A stretch of 59,660 nt of DNA, filler included, from Sluysia triapertura (taxonomy: Eukaryota): assembly GCA_046118255.1 (NCBI GenBank). It is 4 parts of 4 records of this genome, joined end to end, with 100 filler letters (N's around TTAATTAATTAA, not from the genome) between each part and the next. Parts side by side here need not be neighbours in the genome. Positions count along the whole stretch, not along the records: positions 47,353 to 59,660 come from JBJNIA010120861.1; 3 more parts are not named here. The stretch is one strand, 5' to 3'. Shown here piece after piece: positions 51,857-59,660 of the stretch (positions are counted from its first letter, which is position 1; every line of letters starts with the position of its first letter). A program made the translations under genes and the position numbers. The notes beneath the pieces were generated by a model. It searched no databases. It had not been told where the DNA came from and worked only from the letters and a program-made list of their open reading frames with translations.

Positions 51857-53149
51857 GAGCAAAAAATTCTAAAAATTATTGTACAAGGAGAGTAAAAAAA
51901 TTTTTGATCGATATTTTTGGAAATTCAATTGATCTATTCGAATCACGATTATATTTGAATATTACCAATTTCATTGGAAAATTGCTTATAGTGCAGATAT
52001 GTTCAAGTGTTGATACTTGACTTAAACAATTCAGTTAAGTTGCAGTTACACGGTTAACAGACTTTTTTGATTCAATTTATTGATCAGATAATTATAATTA
52101 TCATTTTAACAGTCTGAATTTTAAAATATTTTATTTAAATTTATCGTCATAGTTTTTTTTTACGAAAATTAATAGTTTTTATTATTCATATTATTAATAA
52201 AATATTTTAAAATTATTTTATTAATAAAATTTTGTCTAATTTATGTTTTATTTCTTAATCGTTCATTCGAAAAGTGAGCCCTTACGAGAAAGAATTAAAA
52301 TAAATCTACAATAAAATTTATTTTTCACTGGTTAAAAAGAGACTACATAAAATAAAATTCAACTTCAAGATAAAATAAAACTTATTTGTGTTTCCATTCC
52401 AGGTTATCAGAACGAGTATCCGAGCTCATGTTCTCACATAAAATAAATTCGAAACATAAAGACTATTTATAAACAAGATAATAAAGTGTTGAAAAGATAA
52501 GATAATCATTAAGAGACTTTAAGCTATTGTCGACAAATAATAATATAATTGAAGAAGTTTAAATTATTGTTTAAATTAAATCAATCGATATATTGATAAA
52601 GTTGAGAATTTGTTAAGACGTTTTATAAAATTTGCTTTGAAGAGTTTAATTATTCACACTTATTGTAAGTAGAGATAAAATACGTTAGTATATTTAAATT
52701 CATTGATACATGAAAGTATCCTGAGTCATTTTAAGTTACAAAGAATTAAAGACATTTAAAGAATTTTTAAATCTAAAATATTATGAATCTCTAAATTTAC
52801 GAAGTTAATAAGTTAATGTCTAACTTTATTGAATTGTAAATATTGTATTTTGTAAATTTGTAAAAAATAAAATAAAATTTGTTTAATTTAAAATAAAATG
52901 TAAAAACTTATAAATTATAAATTTAACTAATTTCAAAAACTTTTAATTAAACTTGTAATTAATTCCAAACTTTTGAATAAAGAAAATTTAATGTCAATCA
53001 TTTTAAATCAAATAAACCTTAAAAATAAATATTTACATTATTTTTCGATTTCGAAAACGGATTAATAATGATTATTTCGTAGAAACTTAAATAAATATTT
53101 ACATTAAAACGAAATTATTTATTTTATTCAAATATTTATTCATGGAACT

Positions 53150-53950
53150 TATGGACGAAAACGATATAAAAGGCATAACATTATAGCGAAGTACGCACAA
53201 CAATAATGGCAACGTTAATAACGACTAGGAAGACTACTTTAAATCGTCAAGTGATTGATACATATTCGTTTGGAGTTACTGATCGGTGGAATTCTTTAGT
53301 GGAATCAACAATAATCGATACCAAATACATTCAGGAGTTACTAATTCATCAAGATCATTCGTTTGAAGAACTATATTATCCAGAAATTTTCCATGAATAA
53401 ATATGTTAATTTTTGTAAGGTCTTGGCATAGATACCTTGCCTTAAAATCTACTTAAAATCACTATTTTTTCGAAACTGAAGCATTCGTCTGAGTCAAAAT
53501 CTTAATTAAAATTCAAAGTTTATTGTTATCCAGGAGAAATCCTGATATATTTATACTTCATTATAACCCATTGTATAATTTATATATGTTGTTTTTCAAA
53601 AGAATATATATACTTGTTTCAGAAGTTTTTGAGTTATAAATTCAGAATTTTGAGTGATTAATTTGTAATAATTTAGTAGTTAAATTTTAATTGAATAATT
53701 GTTAAGCATTTTGTAAAGTTTCAAACTTATTAAGTTAAAATTACAAAAGTGTATTAAAGTATTAAATATATTGACAAGTGACTTGTATATTAAAATAATT
53801 TACTTGAGTTAGCGATTAAGAAGTTCTTGAAAAAATACGACGTACATTGCATCTAAGTAGTAAGGAATTCGTTCACGCAGTATTCTTCACCAAAAATTCT
53901 GTGAGTACGTCTTTCACGTCATATAAACCGTGCATCACAGGCAAACCCGT
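53150..53950 (+). repeat. Copy of the decayed ORF plus stem-loop family (see 9108-9870)
   Basis: MATLIT.. start at 53206, EAFV*VKI at 53478 and stem-loop at 53898-53946, colinear with the 9-kb copy. Confidence 0.75.
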
Positions 53951-56900
53951 AAATTCAATAATTTCATAATTGTTCATAACTCAGAAAAAGTGAAACAGAA
54001 TATTAGAAATAAATATCCTGTTAAACTAAGTATTTATTTTAATCTTATTTAGGTACTTAATTTACAATCAGTAAATATTATGAATAGAATATAAAAATTT
54101 AAGAAAATTTGTGTAGCAAAACTCAATCAATAAAACATAAATATAAATTATACAAAAATTATTGCATTAAGGATTTTCACCTTAATGTAAGTGAAGATAA
54201 TTTTACTAATGATTTTACAACTAGCGTAAAAATATCTGTGAAATTTTAACGAGGATTCCATGCCTTAGCTAACAAAGGAAACCTTACAAAAACAAACTTT
54301 TAATTCGGGTATAATGGAAAAATAGGCTTATGATAAACGATGAAAAATGTTCATAACTGAAACCAAATGTAATTCTTTTTATTTTGTCTATTTATTCACA
54401 AGTCCATTTTTCGAGTTGTTTGATGGTAAACCAAATTGGATGTTCAATATACATCACTTTTATCACTGGTATTACTTATTCATTACAGAATAACAATATG
54501 TTTGTTCTACTTAAAACATACAAAAAATTATTATTATTTTAATTCCAATAATTTATTTATTTTTCCAAAATTATTACATTTTTAAAAATTTGTCATTTTA
54601 TTTCATTTTTTAATAAAATTTCCAATTTATTATTCATTCAAAATTCGTACTAAATGTTTTATTCAAATTTCGAAATATAAAATTTATTAAAATTACTGTT
54701 ATTATCTCTTCCTTTAATAGCGTAACATAAATAATGATGTCCGAATAAATTCGCTCTCTGTATTAGTGTGTTGAAATAATAAATAATTATATTAATAATG
54801 ACAACACTAATAATTTATAATTATAATTATGATAATAACGATTTTACTAATAATATATCTTTCAAATCTGTGCAGCTTAAGATAAATTTTTTAGTCAGTG
54901 TGATTTATGTAGACATTAAATAGTCGAAGACAATCTGAAATAATCGATTTGTATAATTAATATTATCCATCTGACAGTTGATTTTGTAAATAATTTGTAT
55001 AAAAAATGAATCAAATTCAACATAATAAAGAATTAATTGCTAACTGAAAATATTAAAGAAATCAGAAGAATTCACACAATGGATTTATGATAATCAAATT
55101 CTAAATGATTTGATGTATAAATTACTGTTTGGAGTACACTTGATCATTTAGTCATTCCATTGAACGATCTAACCCTTATGTGCGAGAAAAATGTTTCCAT
55201 TCAACTATAAATTAACTAAATTATTGTCAATGAATAAGCCAAATAAAATTATATCGCTCATTGGTGTTTTTTGCAGTTGTATCAATAATTAGGTATAACA
55301 ATAACTAAAGTTCTTGGGGTATTAAAGTTTTAGTCAGGCTCGTATGCTTGTGAACTATATTTCTTACAACTCAGAAAAACTAGCACAAGCTAGTGACGAA
55401 TTTGAAAAATAGTTTATAAATTGAAAATTCATTCATTAAATGGTCCGACCGTTTAAAGTTTGCAAAAATAAATGTCTTTGAGATTATGTGGTAATAATCT
55501 ACAGACATTCTTATATACACCCAAAGTTCACTTCAAAACTGCTGACGACTTGATTTACAATGTTTCTCGATAAAGAAGTTATATTAGATTTGAATAAAGT
55601 TTGCATGTACGAGCTACAATATAAGGATAAGTAGAAACATCAAAGGCAATTAAATTGTAGTAATGACTCATTTTTCATAAAAATCCGTAATATTGACCAA
55701 AATAAACATTTGTTAGAAATGAAGAACAACTTTTTACATACTTCACATTACCCTAAAACCAAGAGTTAGATATTTCTTAATATGAAAATAAAATCGGGTT
55801 ATTTAATGACGAAAGAAAATGATAATTAAAATATAATGAGTGGATTTTCCTTACGTTGAAATTTTATTTTTCAGTGTTTGAAACTGACAATAATGAAGTC
55901 ACTCAAAGAAAAAATATGCAACAATCTGACATGCAAAAAAGGTGGTACTTCGTAGATACGATGACAAATGACACTTGTTGGATAAAATAAGGATACGACT
56001 TGATTAATCGTTTTGTAAATAAATAAATGTAATCTATTATTTTGTATTTTGCGATTTATTGATAATTATATCACGCAAAATAACATGCAAGCTACTTTCA
56101 AATTCTTCAAAGTTACTAAATTCACTCCTAGTTTTAGTAACTTATTTTTGGGAAGCACAATTACTATACAACTGTACACACAATACATAACTATCAAACT
56201 CGTCACCAACTATTTAAACAAACAAATTCTTTCTCTTGTAATCATACAAGTTGCCAACAAACACCAAGAACAAACCAACCACAGCATAGCAAACATTCGT
56301 GTGCAATTCACAAACAATTGGACACATCCCACACAAATAAATAAACAAATCACAAACCCCAATTCTTATGTCAACATTCCAACATTCTTATCAAAGGAAC
56401 ATATCTTTTCTTAAATCACATAACCATAAACTTATACAATGCAATTCATCTGACCAAAAATCAAAACACATTCTTTGGGCACTCCACGCATACACAATTC
56501 ATATTATACCCTTTAGGAAACAGTCAAAAACTAAAACTGATGCAAATACTTGCAGTCAAAACCAGATACAAAAATTAATATACAACAAATGAACAAAACC
56601 ACACAAATATACACCCAGGTGAGGAAAATCAACCAAACGCAACAGGAAAGCAATATCACTCATAAACAATACCCACAAGCAATACACCAAATGAAATTGA
56701 TAAATACAACACAAATAAGACAAATTCTTTCACTATATAAACAACGCAACACTTTCAGCCATCACCGTAAACGTTGATAACGTACAATCATCAGTTTTAA
56801 TTAATTTCTTTCATTATAAAGTTAACAAAGGTAGGTATGATTTAGTGTTAAGAAGTTCAAGTGCAGAATTAATTAAGATTTTAATTAATTAATTATTTAT

Positions 56901-57852
56901 TTTAACTTATTTTATTAAGGTTTTATTATGATTATAAAGTTGTTAAATACTTTACAAGGTACTCAGTAGGCTCTAGATGTTCTCACCTTCACCAATCTCA
57001 TTCCTTTCTCTATTTTTTTATTTCAATTATTAATGTATTAAATTTATTTTTAGTATTATTAACCATGATTTCAAAGGTTCCAAACAGGTTACAAGATTAC
57101 TCGAAGATCTCGAAGTTTATTAAGGTCTCAACGTTTTCAAAGATTCAAACAGATCAAGGTTAAGAAGTTCAAAGGTATCTTCATACTTCAAAACATCTTT
57201 CCAAACCTTGCTTAAGTCATCATGATGGTCTCAATACCATACAAAGGTCTTTGGAACTCCAGGGTATTCTTCAGTTTCAAAATGATTATAAACATTTTAC
57301 TGTTTATTATTCTTGTTATATAAATATTTAATTGTTTTTATTATCATATTTCATCTATTTTATTTCACTTTTTCTTAAATATTTTAAATTCTCTTACCTT
57401 TAAACCTATTTTATATACATTAACTGGACAATCTTAACAATATCAACATTCTGAATTTGTTCGGTTATTCATTTTTAATTTGGAAATTTAAAAATAAAAG
57501 ACACAACATTTTACTTGGCGAACTTGATGTAATGTATTGATTTTAGTCTAACTTTGTGGATGAAAACAAACTTGACTTTAAGGGTCATAATTATCCAGAG
57601 AATTAAAAAATATTTATACACAATAACATAGATAAAAATGAATTTTAAGAATCATAAAATAAGTACCTTTTTGCAAAAATCAATAAATTTCTTTTAGTGC
57701 GATCACGAATCTTTGATGTAGCCTTTTCCCAACCATAGTAGTAAAATGTATAATAATAATTCTTCTACTAATTGTTATGTGATAATAAAATGCTCTTTAT
57801 ATATCATTTAATTTAAGTTTTGAATGTTTACTTATAGTTGTTTGGACAATAA

Positions 57853-58012
57853 TGTTGGGGTAAAAAGGCCTAAAAAGTGCCAAGTAGTATAATTTCATAT
57901 ATTGAAAATGAAATTGTTAGACGGGGCTGATAGCTCAGTGGGAGAGCATCGACTGCGCAGGCGATGGTCCCGGGTTCGATCCCCGGTCAGTGCATTTTAC
58001 GAAAGTCTAACA
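57853..58012 (+). mobile_element. tRNA-containing mini-element, copy C (ATAA/ATTA, TSD with one mismatch)
   Basis: ataa|tgttggggtaaaaaggcctaaaaagtgcca...tgttagac-[tRNA-like core]-ttttacgaaagtctaaca|atta. Confidence 0.92.
57924..57994 (+). tRNA. tRNA-like gene or pseudo-tRNA in copy C
   Basis: GGGCTGATAGCTCAGTGGGAGAGCATCGACTGCGCAGGCGATGGTCCCGGGTTCGATCCCCGGTCAGTGCA, then TTTT. Confidence 0.7.
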
Positions 58013-59133
58013 ATTATACGGAGAACACAATTGCATGATTATGATAATTTAGCAAGGTAATCATAATTATCTTTTTTACGTAACTTCTCAACAAATTTTA
58101 ACTGTAAAAATTTGCGATCATAACACACATATGATGTTTTAACTTTAGTATCTTAACATACTTTACTAATATCAAATCTGAAAATCTCTTGTAAGATTCA
58201 ACTGTAAAATTAATATGATTATTATGGTGATTGCAATGACAATCGAAACATTTATCAATATCCGATACAACAGATTTTAAATACGGTAGAAGTAAAGATT
58301 CAAAAAACATACACTCACCTACTTCACTTAATGGTATGTGTTCATCTCCATTTTCAACTGGATATTTTCTAAACAACTGTCTTATATGTTTGTCGATGAG
58401 GCAGAAGAAAATAAAATAGTATAATTATTAATAATAATAGTGAAATATAATAATAATAATTTTAATAATAAAAATAATAATAAACCTTGACCTTAAATAA
58501 TAATAGATTTAAATTTAGAAAAATAACCTTATGTGATCTCATGAATAAGGTTATAAAAATTTATATAAAAACATTTAAATAAAAGGGCATTTAACTCTTC
58601 GATTTAATTCTAAAATGTGTTGATAAACTGATTTGAGATTGTTACAATGATTTGAGACTGATAAACTGATTTGTGATTTAAAATTTACATATTTGTGTAT
58701 AAATATTTTGTTTTATAAATATTGTATAAATATTTTATAAATTATTTTAACGTTTTATATACCTTTAGTGTTTATTTAAAATATTTATATTTATTACAAA
58801 AATTAAATTATCAAATTAAATGATTTTAAATATTAAGTGACTTTAAATATTAAATTATTAAGTTAAAAGATAAATGATAAGAAAATTTTAATGTTAAATA
58901 TTAAATTTTCAAATTTTGTTTATCTGAATCAAATTATGTTCAAAAACAATATGGTGATGTATTCTTTATATAGCTGGAATTTTTTACAATAAATTATACT
59001 TTTTAACAAATTTAATTACAAATCAATTCAACAAAAAAAGATCCATGGAGTGGTAAGTTCGTTTCTTATAAGTTTTATTCTTACAGTAAAAGAAGAATTA
59101 ACATTTCATACTTAAAATCGTTTATTGAGATAC

Positions 59134-59660
59134 GCTAGACCTTAATACGGCTAGCTTAATTTAAAATTAAAATAATTTGTTAACTGAAGGCCAATCTTTC
59201 GAAATATTAAAATTAAAATATTATTATAAGTTTTATTCATATTTTATTATTTTTCTGTTCCTAATTTGTGCTGTTAATAAAAATTAATTTGTTTATCTCG
59301 CTGTTATTCACAAACTATTGAATTATTTTGCTGGACCTAATAAACGTCTAAAATCCATAAAATATATTTGATTTCCAGGCTAGAAGATAATCGGCTAGCT
59401 CAATCTACTTTTAGAAAACTAGAGCATAATTATTTTAGTACAAAACATATTTCTTCACCATAAGACGTATACAGAATAAAAATAAAAACGTATTAGGCTT
59501 ACTGAAAAAACGGCCAACCGTTGGATTTATCGTATGAATAATAGTGTGAAGCTGTCAAAATATCTTTGAGGATTTTCTTTGATTTATTAATTATTTTTAT
59601 TTTAATCAAATGATATTTTAATTCGGTTCTTACTCGGAACCGGTAATGATTTTGATAAGG
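59134..59660 (-). repeat. Four-hairpin array (GCTAG variant) plus the adjacent segment shared with 19058-19250
   Basis: Units at 59134 (rc ttaagctagccgtattaaggtctagc), 59330, 59379 and 59418, in the same order and spacing as 38278-38582. Confidence 0.85.

Overview
This is very AT-rich eukaryotic nuclear DNA from a draft assembly. It looks animal: it has an animal-type 18S fragment and GT-AG introns of only 33-36 nt. There are five N-gaps, three carrying an artificial TTAATTAATTAA linker. One host gene can be reconstructed: the 5' eight exons of a GPR107/GPR108 (LUSTR) homologue at 34167-41770 (+). Two further Asn-rich exon candidates lie at 11.8-13.8 kb. Most of the rest is decayed mobile DNA: Ty3/gypsy gag and integrase relics, Tc3/Tc1, pogo-type and piggyBac-type elements, Maverick/Polinton relics, a BTB-BACK pseudogene and an 18S fragment fused to a gypsy integrase. 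Four observations stand out. (1) Three copies of a 155-162 bp element with TGTT...AACA ends and 4-bp target-site duplications enclose a complete tRNA-like Pol III unit. (2) Three homologous four-hairpin arrays keep the same geometry and a bulged T while their stems co-vary. (3) A ~42-nt co-varying stem-loop occurs four times, three of them downstream of a multicopy decayed ORF. (4) A decayed Bcl-2-like ORF lies behind a gag relic. All alignments and translations were done by eye; no database search was run.
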